This document shows, one piece after another, positions 1 through 12,670 of a stretch of 38,434 nt of DNA (the stretch's first letter is position 1; each line of letters begins with the position of its first letter). The position numbers and the translations under genes are program-made. The notes below the pieces were generated by a model. The model saw only the letters and a list, made by a program, of their open reading frames with translations. It ran no database searches and had not been told where the DNA came from. The stretch is from Octopus bimaculoides (Eukaryota), in contig NC_068992.1 of the NCBI RefSeq assembly GCF_001194135.2, forward strand, positions 54,465,780 to 54,504,213. Reading direction: 5' to 3'.

Positions 1-51
<51 letters not shown>

Positions 52-420
52 GACGACGACGACGACGACGATGATGATGATGATGATGATGATAATGATG
101 ATGATGACGATGATGATAAAGATGGTGGAAGTGGCAGTGGTGGAAGTGGTGGTGGTGGTGGTGGAAGTGGTGGTGGTGGAAGTGGTGGTGGTGGAAGTGG
201 TGTCGGTGTTGCTGATAGCGATGTTTGATCTGCTGCTGAAGAAAATGGTGATGATGATGATGGTGTTAATGATGAGGGGAGAATACTGCTGCAGTTGCAG
301 CTGATAGTGGTGGTGCTAGTGGTAGTCGTGGTGGTGGTGGTGGTGGTAGTGGTAGTGGTGGTGGTGGTGGTAACGGTCGTGGCAGCAGCGTTTATAGTGA
401 TGGTTGTCACAGTTTTATCC

Positions 421-460
<40 letters not shown>

Positions 461-466
461 TACTAC

Positions 467-513
<47 letters not shown>

Positions 514-640
514 GTGACAGAGTTATAGTATTCATCACGCTGCAGCTATTGCAATGCTGGTGATTCTATTATTGTTGCTTCTGTTGTTGCTGTTGCTGCC
601 ATATCTGCTGCTGCTGCTGTTGCTGCTGCTGCCCCAGGTT
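1..640. repeat. Compound trinucleotide microsatellite: (GAT)n, (GTG)n, (TTA)n, (GCT)n-like
   Basis: Visible directly: GAT/GAC repeats to about 120, GTG-rich to about 380, near-perfect (TTA)n about 419-511, degenerate GCT/GTT to about 630. Confidence 0.95.
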
Positions 641-853
641 AGCCTAGAAATATGAGAGCACATTCAATGAGTAATTGAATGTTGTTCACTAGTAGTTCTT
701 TTCTAACACAGTTAACATTTGAAGCATGTAAAAATATGGTGGCACGTAATCTACCTCTCTCTCTCTCTCACACACACTTCTTTTTGATTCCTCTTTCTCT
801 CCCACTTCCCTCTGTATCATGGTTCTATGAATGTGTGTATACGAATTTATACA

Positions 854-854
854 T

Positions 855-918
<64 letters not shown>

Positions 919-1613
919 NNNNNNNNNNNNNNNNNNNNNNNNNNNNNNNNNNNNNNNNNNNNNNNNNNNNNNNNNNNNNNNNNNNNNNNNNNNNNNNNNN
1001 NNNNNNNNNNNNNNNNNNNNNNNNNNNNNNNNNNNNNNNNNNNNNNNNNNNNNNNNNNNNNNNNNNNNNNNNNNNNNNNNNNNNNNNNNNNNNNNNNNNN
1101 NNNNNNNNNNNNNNNNNNNNNNNNNNNNNNNNNNNNNNNNNNNNNNNNNNNNNNNNNNNNNNNNNNNNNNNNNNNNNNNNNNNNNNNNNNNNNNNNNNNN
1201 NNNNNNNNNNNNNNNNNNNNNNNNNNNNNNNNNNNNNNNNNNNNNNNNNNNNNNNNNNNNNNNNNNNNNNNNNNNNNNNNNNNNNNNNNNNNNNNNNNNN
1301 NNNNNNNNNNNNNNNNNNNNNNNNNNNNNNNNNNNNNNNNNNNNNNNNNNNNNNNNNNNNNNNNNNNNNNNNNNNNNNNNNNNNNNNNNNNNNNNNNNNN
1401 NNNNNNNNNNNNNNNNNNNNNNNNNNNNNNNNNNNNNNNNNNNNNNNNNNNNNNNNNNNNNNNNNNNNNNNNNNNNNNNNNNNNNNNNNNNNNNNNNNNN
1501 NNNNNNNNNNNNNNNNNNNNNNNNNNNNNNNNNNNNNNNNNNNNNNNNNNNNNNNNNNNNNNNNNNNNNNNNNNNNNNNNNNNNNNNNNNNNNNNNNNNN
1601 NNNNNNNNNNNNN

Positions 1614-1681
<68 letters not shown>

Positions 1682-1688
1682 GTGTGTG
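854..1688. repeat. (CA)n(TA)n, N-gap 919-1613, (GT)n
   Basis: Dinucleotide arrays on both sides of an assembly gap. Confidence 0.95.
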
Positions 1689-1861
1689 ATAGAGTAAGTG
1701 GTATGATGAAATATATTTTGCTCTATATTAAAATATCTTCAGAAATAGGAAAGAAAGCGTGTGGGGCGGGGGTGAATCTAACGCAAAGAATTGGTGAGGG
1801 AGGGGGAGTCGAGGGTGAAGGAAACTTGAATTCAGAAATATAATTTCCACGTGTCTTGTAC

Positions 1862-2115
1862 TTGTTATTATTGTTGTTGTTATTGTTGTTGATAATATGC
1901 TGTTGTTTTTATTGTCGTTATTGTTGTGTATGTATTATGTTTTTGCTATTGTTATTGTTATTGTTGTTGTTGTTGCTGATAATATTCCTGTTAATATTAC
2001 CATCATTGTTGTAGTTATTGTCGTTGTTGTTGTTGTTGTTTTTGTTGTTGTTGTTGCCTCGTCTTATTCTTTCTTATTAGTATTGATAACATCGCTGCCG
2101 TTGTTACTGTAGTTG
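1862..2115. repeat. Degenerate (GTT/ATT)n microsatellite
   Basis: Interrupted GTT/ATT runs; source of the poly-Val ORF. Confidence 0.9.
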
Positions 2116-3204
2116 CTGTTATTGTTGTGCTATATTAATTCATTATATTAATTTTTATATTAATTTATTATACCATATTAATTTTTTTTATTAATTTATA
2201 GCTGTTGTCATTCTTATTTTTTTTAACATTGTTCGTTTCTTTGTTTTCTTTTTACTCTCAACAACAGTTACGATGTTATTGTTGTCGTTGTTGTTCCATA
2301 TTAATCTTTTTATGTTCTTATTTTTGTGTTGTTGTTATTATTGTCTTTCTTAATTTGTTATTGTTTAGGCTGGTATCTTTTCCCTTTTGCTTATATTCTT
2401 TATAATTTTATTTTCCTTGCTGTTGATCAAAACGCTATTGTGAATGGTACTGATTCTTTTCAGACCGGGCAAGAAACCAGGATCAGGGATTTATCACTTT
2501 GCTGGTACCGCTACATCAGTGTTGTTGATGATGTTGTTGGATATCATGTTTGATCTCATGTAGTTTATTTTTCTTCTTGTTGCTGTTACTACTATTACTG
2601 TTATTATTAATGCATGTTTAGGGCGGCAATATACGTTGTGGTGTAATGGGCGGAGATAGAGTCGTAGATTCGAATCGGTAGAATGTCGGATTAAATCTAT
2701 TGTGACATTTGGTTACTCATTATGTTAAATTTTCCGTTCCGATTTCAAATTCAACAGAGATCGACTTTGCATTTCATCCGTCCCAAATTCAATAAAATAA
2801 GTATTAGTCAAGAACATAGGACCGATATTGTAGACTATAAACTTTCAATGTATGGCCTTACGCCTATATCTGTGCAATCAATATTGCTGTTGTCGTTGTT
2901 ATGATTGTTGTTGTTGTTTCCCATCGAGCAGGCCTATGCATAATTGAATATGCTCCAGTCGTAAACATTCTCCAGGTCGTGTTCTTCTTTTGTTTACCGA
3001 AGACAATCCAATCAGCGCTATATCATCAAGTGCTTTCCATTTAAAAAAAGAAAAAAATTTAGTCAGTAAACTGCTGGGGTATTTTACTGCTATAACTATC
3101 AAATATAACGAATATTTAAAGCTCTTCCATTTTCCTTTGCCGTATTAAAGAACACCGAAATGCTGAAGAATGCTGAAGAATCTATTTTCTTCACTCATAA
3201 ACAT

Positions 3205-4590
3205 TGGTAATGTTTCAGAAGGTGGCGGTGGAGGAAACTGTTTCTTTCTGACTGGGTGATTGGTAATTTGGTGATGATGTTTTGTTGTGTAAATTTTACA
3301 GAAAATCGTAAAAGTGTAGAAAATGTATTGGCTGCTTTCCTTCAGTTGCAAAAACAGCAACAGCAGCTGCAGGAGCAACAACAGAAACAATAACAACAAA
3401 TAATAATATTACAGCAACAAATGCTGCAATTACTGAAGTCATCAGGAAAGCCAGAAAAGTGTTCTTGGCAGACTACGTTAGGAATTCAATAACTGAATTC
3501 AAATTCCTTCGAAATATATTACAGAAGATGTGAGCAAATCTTTGAGAAAGAATCTAAAGATTGGGACGATGAGATGAAAACGCGCTTAATCTTGAGAAAA
3601 CTGACGCCAACAGAACATGAACGATACAGTAATTATGTTCTCCCAAGAATAACCGTTTGACGTAAAGTTTAATGACACAACCGATATATTGTGTAAGATT
3701 TTCAGTGAAAAGAGCTCATTGTTCAACACTCGTTGTGTCTGAACTTAGAGAAAAATAGTAACGAGGACTACATCACATATACTGGTAGAGTAAACAGGAA
3801 ATGCGAAAAGTTTAAGGTGGACGAATTAACTCCAGATATGTTCAAATGCCTGATTTTTACACAGGGACTACTGCCGAAGATGACGTAGAAGTCAGAACTA
3901 GAGTTCTTGCAAAGCTAGTGCAAAGCCAGGATGTAACCCTACAAAAAGTGTCTGAAGAATGTGAAAGGGTACTTAAATTAAGACACGACACAGAGGAGAT
4001 TGTTTCCAAGTAAAGATTGTTTCCAAGTAAAACCAGTGCGGAATAGTCTGAATAGAGATAAAGTGTTTTCTAAAAAACACAAGCATCAGGATATAAGCCC
4101 ATGTTTTGCATGTGGTGGTATGCATCTGAGGAAATATTTTCCATTTAAAAAAACCGAGTGTTTTCGTTGTGGAAATATAGGACATATAAAGTCGCACTGT
4201 CGAACGAAGATGATAAAACGTCAGAAAAAATTAAAAGAATAAATAGTATGTCATCGGAAGAAATTAGCAATATAACGATGAGAAAATTCGTGAGTGTGAA
4301 AATCAGAAATACAACTTTTAAAATGCAGTTATACACGTGGAGTGATATTTTGATTATAAACGAAAAATCTTGGAAATATGTCGGTAAGCCGAATTCAATT
4401 AAATCTAAAAAAAGTAGCACATAGTGTTACAGGTAAAAGATTATATTTTTCGGTGAATTTGAATACAATGTAACTTTTCGAGGTCAAACGAAAAAGGCAA
4501 ATATTTATGTATTGAAAGAGTCACTTAACTTATTCAGCACAGAATGGATGGTACTATTCAAATTGTGGGATACATCTATAAATGACTGGG
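3205..4590 (+). mobile_element. Degraded Ty3/Gypsy (Mag/K02A2.6-like) LTR retrotransposon, gag-protease region
   Basis: Frameshifted translation: RRCEQIFEKESKDWDDEMKTRLILRKLTPTEHERYSNYVLPR, EDYITYTGRVNRKCEKFKVDELTPDMFKCLIFTQGL, zinc knuckles CFACGGMH and CFRCGNIGHIKSHC, decayed aspartic protease KMQLYTWSDILIIN (for LDTGSD). A 17-bp tandem duplication at 3997-4030 shifts the frame. No RT or integrase follows. Confidence 0.88.
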
Positions 4591-4773
4591 GGTCGTACAG
4601 TGTCAGCTAGAAATATCCTATCGACGACTTCTGAATATAAACAATATCTGTTAGAGCGACAACCGTCATCAACAGGTAGATACAACAGTGGTAAAAGACC
4701 GCTTTATAACAATCCTCCAGTACAGAATGCATCTCATCGGATGTCTTGTTTTAAATAAGATACATATATAGCT

Positions 4774-4901
<128 letters not shown>

Positions 4902-4914
4902 CTATATATTCATA

Positions 4915-5306
4915 GGCACAGATTTGGCTGTTATTTTAAGAAGCTTGCTTCCAAACCACATACTTCCGGGTTCAGTTCCACTGCATGACATTTTGGGCGT
5001 CTTCTACTATAACCTCGAGCCAACCAAACTCTTGTAAGTGGATTTGGTAGACGGAAACTGAAAGAAGCCCGTCGTATTTACATGTGTGTGTGTGTGTGTG
5101 TTTGTCCTCCACCATCGCCTGACAACCGGTGTTGGTGTGTTTACGCCCCCGTAACTTAGCAGTTCGTCAAAGGAATCCGAGAGAGTAAGTACAGCCCTTA
5201 AAAAGAAAAAGGGGTATTGGGATCGATTCATTCGACTAAAAATGCTCAAGGTGGTACCCCAGCATGACCGCAGTCTAATAACTGAAACAAGTGAAAGATA
5301 AAAGAT
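4915..5306 (+). mobile_element. tRNA-derived SINE family A, full length
   Basis: B-box-like GGTTCAGTTCC, shared core GGATTTGGTAGACGGAAACTGAAAGAAGCCCGTCG, internal (TG)n, 3' end CTGAAACAAGTGAAAGATAAAAGATA. Aligns with copies at 27793 and 30235. Confidence 0.9.
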
Positions 5307-5869
5307 ATATAAATTGAAGGGGACCTATATATACGATTACTAAACACCCTATCAGCTAAACATGGTTGAAGATTAAATAGCAGAAATTATATTTGAATTT
5401 CGTTAATGTTGGACAACTGGGCTACTGTCTCATAGTTTTAGCAGTTACGTTTCCGATTTTGACACCATATCTCATATTTCATATTGATTTTCTTGTATCA
5501 TATACGTAACATCTTGTCGTATATGTCATAACTCTAACTCTTGTATCTTATATCTCGCATCAAATCTAACAGCTTACAATCTAATATCTCATATATTGGT
5601 TCGATTCCCACATCTAATATGTGATATTTCACAATGACATATCTATATAGATATCAAATTTCCATATCAACTCTCACACCTTATATCCAATAATGCCTAT
5701 CGTATTTCAGATCTCGCATAGCTTGTTCTTCCATGGATTGCTGGTTTCTGCTCTGCATGTGTATCCACTGATAAATTCGCCAAAGAACTGGATGGATTGC
5801 TTTGTTCGTTCGCATCTTTCTCTTACTGATACACACGGACGGACGTATGAACGCAAGTGTTTGAACGTG

Positions 5870-6124
5870 TGTGTATATATGTGTTTGTGTGTGTGTGTTT
5901 GTGTGTGTGTGTAGATATAAATACATACGCATATGCCTATATGTGTGTTTATATATGTGTGTGTATGTACGTATGTATATAAGCATTTGTGTATTTGTAT
6001 ATATGTATGTGTGTTGAAATATAGGTATATCTATGTGTATATACGCATGTTTGCGTAAGTATGCTGATACATATATACACAGATGTTATATATATTTATA
6101 TATACGTGCGTAAATATATATATA

Positions 6125-6200
<76 letters not shown>

Positions 6201-6490
6201 GAGAGAGAGAGAGGGGGAGACATATATAAATGTACGTATAATTATATATATATATATATATACATATATAGATGCACGTATGTACATGTATATAAGTATG
6301 TATATATACTGAAACAAGTAAAGAGTAAAGAGTATATCTGTATTTATACACGCACGCACACCCACACGCGCGCACGCACACACACAAATAGACATGCAGA
6401 CACAGATAAGCAGATATACAAATAGATACAAACATAGATATATAAATATACAGATATATACAGTATATCTAACACATAATATATATACAC
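5870..6490. repeat. TA/TG/CA-rich low-complexity tract
   Basis: Mixed dinucleotide repeats; source of the YIYI/CVCV ORFs. Confidence 0.9.
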
Positions 6491-6699
6491 TTTTCGCTTA
6501 CGAAAGAGGACGAAAGAGGATGCTTGTTGGCGCTGATACGGAAAACAATAAATTCTTTGCTAACAACGTAAACGTTGTTTGAAATAGATGGGCATACAGG
6601 TGGAATTTCAGAGTATGGAAGATAAAATTATATCAAACAATACAGAATGCGAAGGAATATAGGCGTTGTTTTGTGGGTGAGAAGCCTATTTCTGAGCTA

Positions 6700-6806
6700 T
6701 GAGGTGGCGGGTTAAGTCCGACTAGTGTCCTCTCTTACATCTCTTGGCTGACCAACGCTTTGTGAGTGAATTTCGTTGACGGAACATGAAAGAAGCCATC
6801 GTATGT
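6700..6806 (+). mobile_element. SINE family A 5'-half fragment, diverged
   Basis: GCTGACCAACGCTTTGTGAGTGAATTTCGTTGACGGAACATGAAAGAAGCCATCGT matches the family A core. Confidence 0.7.
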
Positions 6807-6845
6807 ACACACACACACACACACACACATACACATACAGATAGA

Positions 6846-6897
<52 letters not shown>

Positions 6898-6919
6898 TAG
6901 ATAGATAGATAGATAGATA

Positions 6920-6957
<38 letters not shown>
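6806..6957. repeat. Compound (CA)n(GATA)n(GACA)n(GATA)n(GATT)n microsatellite
   Basis: Visible directly. Confidence 0.95.
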
Positions 6958-7458
6958 GGGAGAGAGAGAAGTGGGGAGGAGAGTCTCTTACAGCTGTTTC
7001 TAGAAGAGCCAAGCAAGTGAATCATGATATTCATTAAGGATTCCATAAACTAAGTATTCCATCATCTTAGAGAGAGAAGACAGGAAATACAGAAGTGAAG
7101 AACATCTCTAATCGAGAATTTAGCAGTTTCCACTTCATCGAGACATGAAAGTAGGACGAGAAGGAAAAGTATATGAATTGGCAAGCACTAAAGTATTCGA
7201 TTGGCTACATTTTTCATTTATATATTTTCTGACTTCGCTCTCTATGATGATAGAATATTTAGCTTACGAAATCCTTGCTCAATATCATGATCCATATGCA
7301 TCGCTACACTTGAAACAGCTGTAAAAGTCTCTATCTTTTTATCATAACTACTCTACACTATGCTTATATTCTCTATTCAAAATTAATGGGGTGTTTTGGG
7401 TGATACTAAATATTTCCCTTTCTCATCTTTTATTTTGATCTATATCTACCCACTTAAG

Positions 7459-7536
7459 GAGAAGCCACTTATAGCCACTTTCGATAGGCAGTTTCAACCA
7501 CACTTTTCATTAGCAGTTCAAGCCAGGGTTTTAGTG
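7459..7536 (+). CDS. Weak candidate internal exon (EKPLIATFDRQFQPHFSLAVQARVLV), product unknown
   Basis: Pyrimidine-rich run ending CACTTAAG, 78 nt open in frame 0, donor GTG|GTAAAC. No homology recognised. Confidence 0.15.
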
Positions 7537-7614
7537 GTAAACCAAACTGCGCACTCCTGTTACATTATATCAATTGACGAAAGTTCCATGTACATTCTCT
7601 TTCTCTCTGTTTCT

Positions 7615-7619
7615 CTGTC

Positions 7620-7716
<97 letters not shown>

Positions 7717-7790
7717 ANNNNNNNNNNATATATATATATATACATACATACGTACATGTGTGTGTATGCGTGGGTGTGTGTATGTGTGCT
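7615..7790. repeat. (CT)n, 10-nt gap, (TA)n/(TG)n
   Basis: Visible directly. Confidence 0.9.
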
Positions 7791-7825
7791 TATAAGTGTT
7801 TCTTTGTGCTTGTACTGCTTGTACG

Positions 7826-7968
7826 CAACTGATGTTTAATTTATCGACACCGAAATGATGAAAGGCAAAGTCGACCTCAGCAGAATTTGAACTCAGAACG
7901 TAAAGACGGACGAAATGCCGCTAAGCATTTCGTCCGGCGTGCTAACGTTTCTGCCGGCTCACCGCCTT
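7826..7968 (-). mobile_element. tRNA-derived SINE family B, 5' part
   Basis: Reverse complement reads GGCGGTGAGCCGGCAGAAACGTTAGCACGCCGGACGAAATGCTTAGCGG...GAGTTCAAATTCTGCTGAGGTCGACTTTGCC, matching the 24459 and 31817 copies. Confidence 0.9.
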
Positions 7969-8359
7969 TAACGTTCCCTATATTAGCGGTCCGGCAATAT
8001 AATTATTGCTACCCTTTAATAATTACTACACTTTGAAATAAATACTGAAGTAAATTTGTTCAACTAAACCCTTCTGATATGCGAGCATCTGTAAGTGCGT
8101 ATATATGTATGTATATATATAAATATGTATGCGTATATGTACATACGCGTAAGGGTATATATGTACATAAAAACGATATAAACGCGTGCTAAAATGTAAA
8201 AATTGCAATTTATATTGGTAACTGGATAGTCGTGAAAGAAATTAGTGTAGGGAAATTATCTCATGATGGATGAGCATCAGTAGGGGGTCTCTAAATATTT
8301 TAGATAGAAAGTGTAAACATTGCCATGTTATTCCAAATATATATGAGGGAGGTGGGATT

Positions 8360-8383
8360 GCATTTATATATATGTATATATAT

Positions 8384-8429
<46 letters not shown>

Positions 8430-8454
8430 GCACATGTATATATACATATATATG

Positions 8455-8500
<46 letters not shown>

Positions 8501-8554
8501 CACGCACGCACACACAAATATATATAGAGAGAGAAAGGGTAGATACATACACAT

Positions 8555-8610
<56 letters not shown>

Positions 8611-8710
8611 ATATACTTCAATAACAATTCTCAGAAATACTAACACGTAAATGTATTTGTGTGCGAGTGTGTGTGTGTACGTATGTGTTTGTGTGCATGT
8701 GTGTGTGTGT
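8360..8710. repeat. (TA)n/(TG)n low-complexity tract
   Basis: Visible directly. Confidence 0.9.
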
Positions 8711-10349
8711 GTGTTTCTTACTGTTGAAGTCTATATGTTGCATAGAGAATTTGCGAGTGAAGTAGCTTCATAAGAGAAAAAAAGTACTTATTTTCCAATT
8801 GTCTTTCTCCCCATACAGTTAAATATTTATATCTTTATCTGCTGATCTTCACAAGTCTTTTGTACTCCTATCAACGTTTCTATCCATTGAAATGCAGAAG
8901 TGCGGTATAGTTATATGGCTATGTACGAATATGAATTGATATAAATTTATGTATATATAAAATAACATGTATACACTTATATAAGTGGATGTGTGTGAAA
9001 GTGTGAGTGTATATATACGCGTATATATCCATGCGTACATATATTTTTGAAACTTGTATATATTCGGTTAAATATACATGTATTATGTTCATATATATAT
9101 ATGTATATATATACGTATATGTATATATATANNNNNNNNNNNNNNNNNNNNNNNNNNNNNNNNNNNNNNNNNNNNNNNNNNNNNNNNNNNNNNNNNNNNN
9201 NNNNNNNNNNNNNNNNNNNNNNNNNNNNNNNNNNNNNNNNNNNNNNNNNNNNNNNNNNNNNNNNNNNNNNNNNNNNNNNNNNNNNNNNNNNNNNNNNNNN
9301 NNNNNNNNNNNNNNNNNNNNNNNNNNNNNNNNNNNNNNNNNNNNNNNNNNNNNNNNNNNNNNNNNNNNNNNNNNNNNNNNNNNNNNNNNNNNNNNNNNNN
9401 NNNNNNNNNNNNNNNNNNNNNNNNNNNNNNNNNNNNNNNNNNNNNNNNNNNNNNNNNNNNNNNNNNNNNNNNNNNNNNNNNNNNNNNNNNNNNNNNNNNN
9501 NNNNNNNNNNNNNNNNNNNNNNNNNNNNNNNNNNNNNNNNNNNNNNNNNNNNNNNNNNNNNNNNNNNNNNNNNNNNNNNNNNNNNATATATATATATATG
9601 TATATACCAATATACATACACATCATACGCTGCCCGCACACGCACACACACAAATACATACATACACGCAGTTTGGAAATATGGAAATTCTATTTGTAAA
9701 ATATAAACACCTATCTATTATCTCACCTCTTATTGGAATCTTTCAACGAAGAAGGTTATCTAACATGCACATCTTCCCATAGTTTTTTCTTTCAGCACTC
9801 ATTTGTCAATACGTTCTTTCCATATTCTGCGTACTTGATATCTGCTTCAGATAACTTTCAGCATTGTTTCTAATGTATCTATATCTCCACTTCTCTATAA
9901 TAAAGCTTATGTTTAAATTTGCTTCCAATATACATAATGCTAATATTTTCCTAGCAAGAAGTGCTAAAGTTGATTTTATCAATTTTGGTATATTCCTAGT
10001 ACTTCAGCATTAACATATTTAATGTAAGCAACGTACGTTAAATTTTCATAAGAAAGTAAAGCATGATATGAAGAAAAACAAAGGAACTATGTTAGTTTAT
10101 AACGATTTTTGTCCCCATTCAGAAACATGAACTGCATCTCGTTTGAGCCCTTATAATTACTCTAAATGTGTACTCTGGTGATTACTCTAAAATCCTCAAT
10201 ATTACCAACGAACTCAAGACAGCCAACTGACAAAATTGTTAACATGCCGGACGAAATGCTTAGCTTAGCTGCATTTCGTAAGTATGCACTTCTGTCTGTC
10301 TATTTATCTATCTATCTCATTCATACCTTGCTGCTTCCAATATAGTGGT

Positions 10350-10500
10350 TTGGTTCGACTTTGCCGTTCATCCTGTCGGATTTGACAAAATAAGCACCAG
10401 CTGAACTCTGGGGTTCTTTCGAGGTCGATAAAATAATTACCAGTTGAACTCAGCTTCCCCCGAAATTGCTGTCCTTGTGCCAAAATATGAAACCAATACT
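10350..10500 (+). mobile_element. SINE family B 3' fragment with internal duplication
   Basis: TCGACTTTGCCGTTCATCC...AAAATAAGCACCAGCTG, then a repeat TTCGAGGTCGATAAAATAATTACCAGTTG, ending GAAATTGCTGTCCTTGTGCCAAAATATGAAACC. Confidence 0.75.
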
Positions 10501-10519
10501 ACTGACGAACTCTGCAAGG

Positions 10520-11030
10520 GTTCATCCTTAACAACTACGTCCATATTTCCAAGACCAAAGCCAGAGAAAGTACTTTGACCTTTGCCACCAAGACTTACTG
10601 ATATTCTACAAAGCTCACATGAGACCTGCAATGGAGTATTGCTCCTACAACCGCGACAATATCGCTGATGTTACTGCTCACACAGACATCCCAGACTGCA
10701 CTCAGAGGAAGGACATTCAATTAATTTAACATAAAATCAGTGTGACACACTCCAACTACCGAACCACAGATGTGTTCTCTCTTCCCTCTAAGATTTCTAC
10801 TGCGGCTGTAATGGTCGTAACACCTGAAAAATGACTAATTCTCGTACTGGTTTCACCCAGATACACTCTACTCACTCGTCTCTCCTCCTATTATCATCCA
10901 TTTTGTATCCAACACACTAAGCCCTGCGTTAACCCTTATTCTCAGTCCTTCTTTCTCCAGAACGTCGGCCGTCTTGAAACCCTGCCCTACTCATGTCTTT
11001 CCTGCATATGTTGACTTACAACAGTTTAAA
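10520..11030 (+). mobile_element. Non-LTR retrotransposon (CR1/L2-group) ORF2 3' remnant
   Basis: QDLLIFYKAHMRPAMEYCSY resembles the LYKAxIRPxMEYCS motif; the terminal part reads YSQSFF...RTSA...HVFPAYVDLQQFK. Multiple frameshifts; runs into a (GACA)n(GATA)n array. Confidence 0.75.
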
Positions 11031-11063
11031 CAGACAGACAGACAGACAGACATACAGATAGAC

Positions 11064-11122
<59 letters not shown>
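11030..11122. repeat. (GACA)n(GATA)n microsatellite
   Basis: Visible directly. Confidence 0.95.
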
Positions 11123-11124
<2 letters not shown>

Positions 11125-11739
11125 TGTATGCATGGCACTTTCTATTTAATTTTATCTTTTAATTTGTCTCATAAACCGATCAATAAATTCTTTTAAATTA
11201 ATTAACCCCTTCCAGCTTCCAGCTTTCTTCACCTCATCTCACTTCATTTCATTTTATTGTATACTTTAGACTTATCTAACTTCATTTGTTTTTTGTCTTT
11301 TATAAAACTTTAAACATCCACCTATTTATTTATTAATTCAGTGAAACCTAATACTTATCAGCTTATTATATTCGTTTTACTTTACGATCAGCTACCGCTC
11401 TTGTTTTTTTTTTGTCCTTTCTTGTTTCTTGTTTAATACTACCCAAAATTATTTTAAAATTTGCCTAAACATCCATTTATTAGCTCTTTGCCTAAGATTT
11501 CCATAACATTTTAATTCAGTTAATTACTTCCCTAACCAAACACTTTGCTTTAATTGGAACTCGGTAAACAGAAAATTCTAAGCAAAACGTTATGTCCTCG
11601 GTGCATTATTAATTTCTCACATAAGACTTCAGATATCACTGCTTCATTATCATTTGTAATTCGGTTATTAAATACTAAACTTAGCTCCGATACATCCCAA
11701 ATTTCATAATAATTCTAATTTGTTTACGAACACATTTTT

Positions 11740-11966
11740 TTATTTTCTTTATTTTTTGCTTGCTTTAGCCTATGAACAGAGGCCATACTGAGGCACTGCC
11801 TTGAAGACTTTTCAGCGAACAAATCAACCCGGTACATGTTTTTAGAACCTGGTGCTCATTCTATCGATCTCTCATACCAGGCCCCTACGTTCCCGGGGAC
11901 GTAAAGAAACCAACACCAGTCGTCAAGCGAGGGTGGGGACAAACACTAATACAAAAACACAAACAC
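11740..11966 (-). mobile_element. SINE family A 3' half
   Basis: Reverse complement matches TTTGTCCCCACCCTCGCTTGACGACTGGTGTTGG...GATAGAATGAGCACCAGG...CAGTATGGCC of the family A 3' half. Confidence 0.75.
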
Positions 11967-12004
11967 GTTCTGACTTCAAATGCCACTGAGACCAGTATTG
12001 ATTT

Positions 12005-12115
12005 TCGTTTTTTCAAGGTCGATAAAATAAAGTAGGTCAATTACAGGGCTCAATAGAATCGACTTGCCCCTACTTCAGCATTGCTGTCCTTGTGCAAAAA
12101 TTAGGACGAGTTATT
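12005..12115 (+). mobile_element. SINE family B 3' fragment
   Basis: AAGGTCGATAAAATAAAG...AATCGACTTGCCCC...ATTGCTGTCCTTGTGC. Confidence 0.65.
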
Positions 12116-12124
12116 AAGCTCTTT

Positions 12125-12340
12125 AAGGCAGAGAGCCAGCAGAATCGTTAGATTGTTGGAAAAATACCTTATGTTAATTCTTCTTGCTCTTTATGGTCTG
12201 TATTCAAATCCCACTGAGGTCAATTTTGCCTTTCATTCTTTCGGGGTCGAAAAAGTAAAGTTCCAGTCATGTACCGGCGTCGATAATTCCACACGTCTCA
12301 AAATTGCTGGTCTTTTCCCTAAATTTGAAATAATTATTAA
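12125..12340 (+). mobile_element. SINE family B, full length, diverged
   Basis: Head AAGGCAGAGAGCCAGCAGAATCGTTAG, B-box-like GTATTCAAATCCC, core TTTTGCCTTTCATTCTTTCGGGGTCGA, tail AAATTTGAAATAATTATTA. Confidence 0.8.
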
Positions 12341-12489
12341 CCTGCTTTCAATGAGCCCTCTATTAACCAAACGCTTAAAATACAGAAACCAAATATGATT
12401 TATTACTCAAATTGCAGTTTCCAATCGAGAGTCAGTATTAAACATCTTTACTTTAGGCCAAAGCCTGAATTTTGCAGGGAAAAGACTAG

Positions 12490-12670
12490 TCAATTACATC
12501 CTGAAAGGATGAAAGACCCCAGGGTTAAAGTGATACGTATTTCACTGATCCTGAAAGGATTAAATGCAAAACCGATCTAGGTAACATTTCAATTCAGAAC
12601 ACAAAACCGGAAGAAATGCAACCAAGCATTTTTATCCGGCGTGCTAACGATTTTTCTAGCTCACCGTCTT
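12490..12670 (-). mobile_element. SINE family B, diverged
   Basis: Plus-strand CCGGCGTGCTAACGATTTTTCTAGCTCACCGTCTT is the reverse of the family head; the CCTGAAAGGAT block occurs twice. Confidence 0.8.

Noticed and set aside
2-528. Poly-Met/Val/Leu ORFs
   Set aside because: Translations of trinucleotide microsatellites with no coding complexity.
2464-2504. 41-nt plus-strand AG...GT segment with a good acceptor
   Set aside because: All three frames are open, the donor is weak and there is no homology; indistinguishable from chance.
2998-3032. 35-nt minus-strand exon-like segment (LDDIALIGLSS), also reminiscent of an RT ADD motif
   Set aside because: Too short, lies in the putative LTR region, and the neighbouring RT motifs are not recoverable.
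4582-4758. 58-aa ORF after the protease remnant, and a TTGATGA...GATA hammerhead-like motif on the minus strand (4645-4672)
   Set aside because: No recognisable homology. The motif has substitutions in both core words and stem I does not close.
7254-7320. Exon-like EYLAYEILAQYHDPYASLHLKQL
   Set aside because: Mediocre splice sites and phase-incompatible with the adjacent candidate at 7459.
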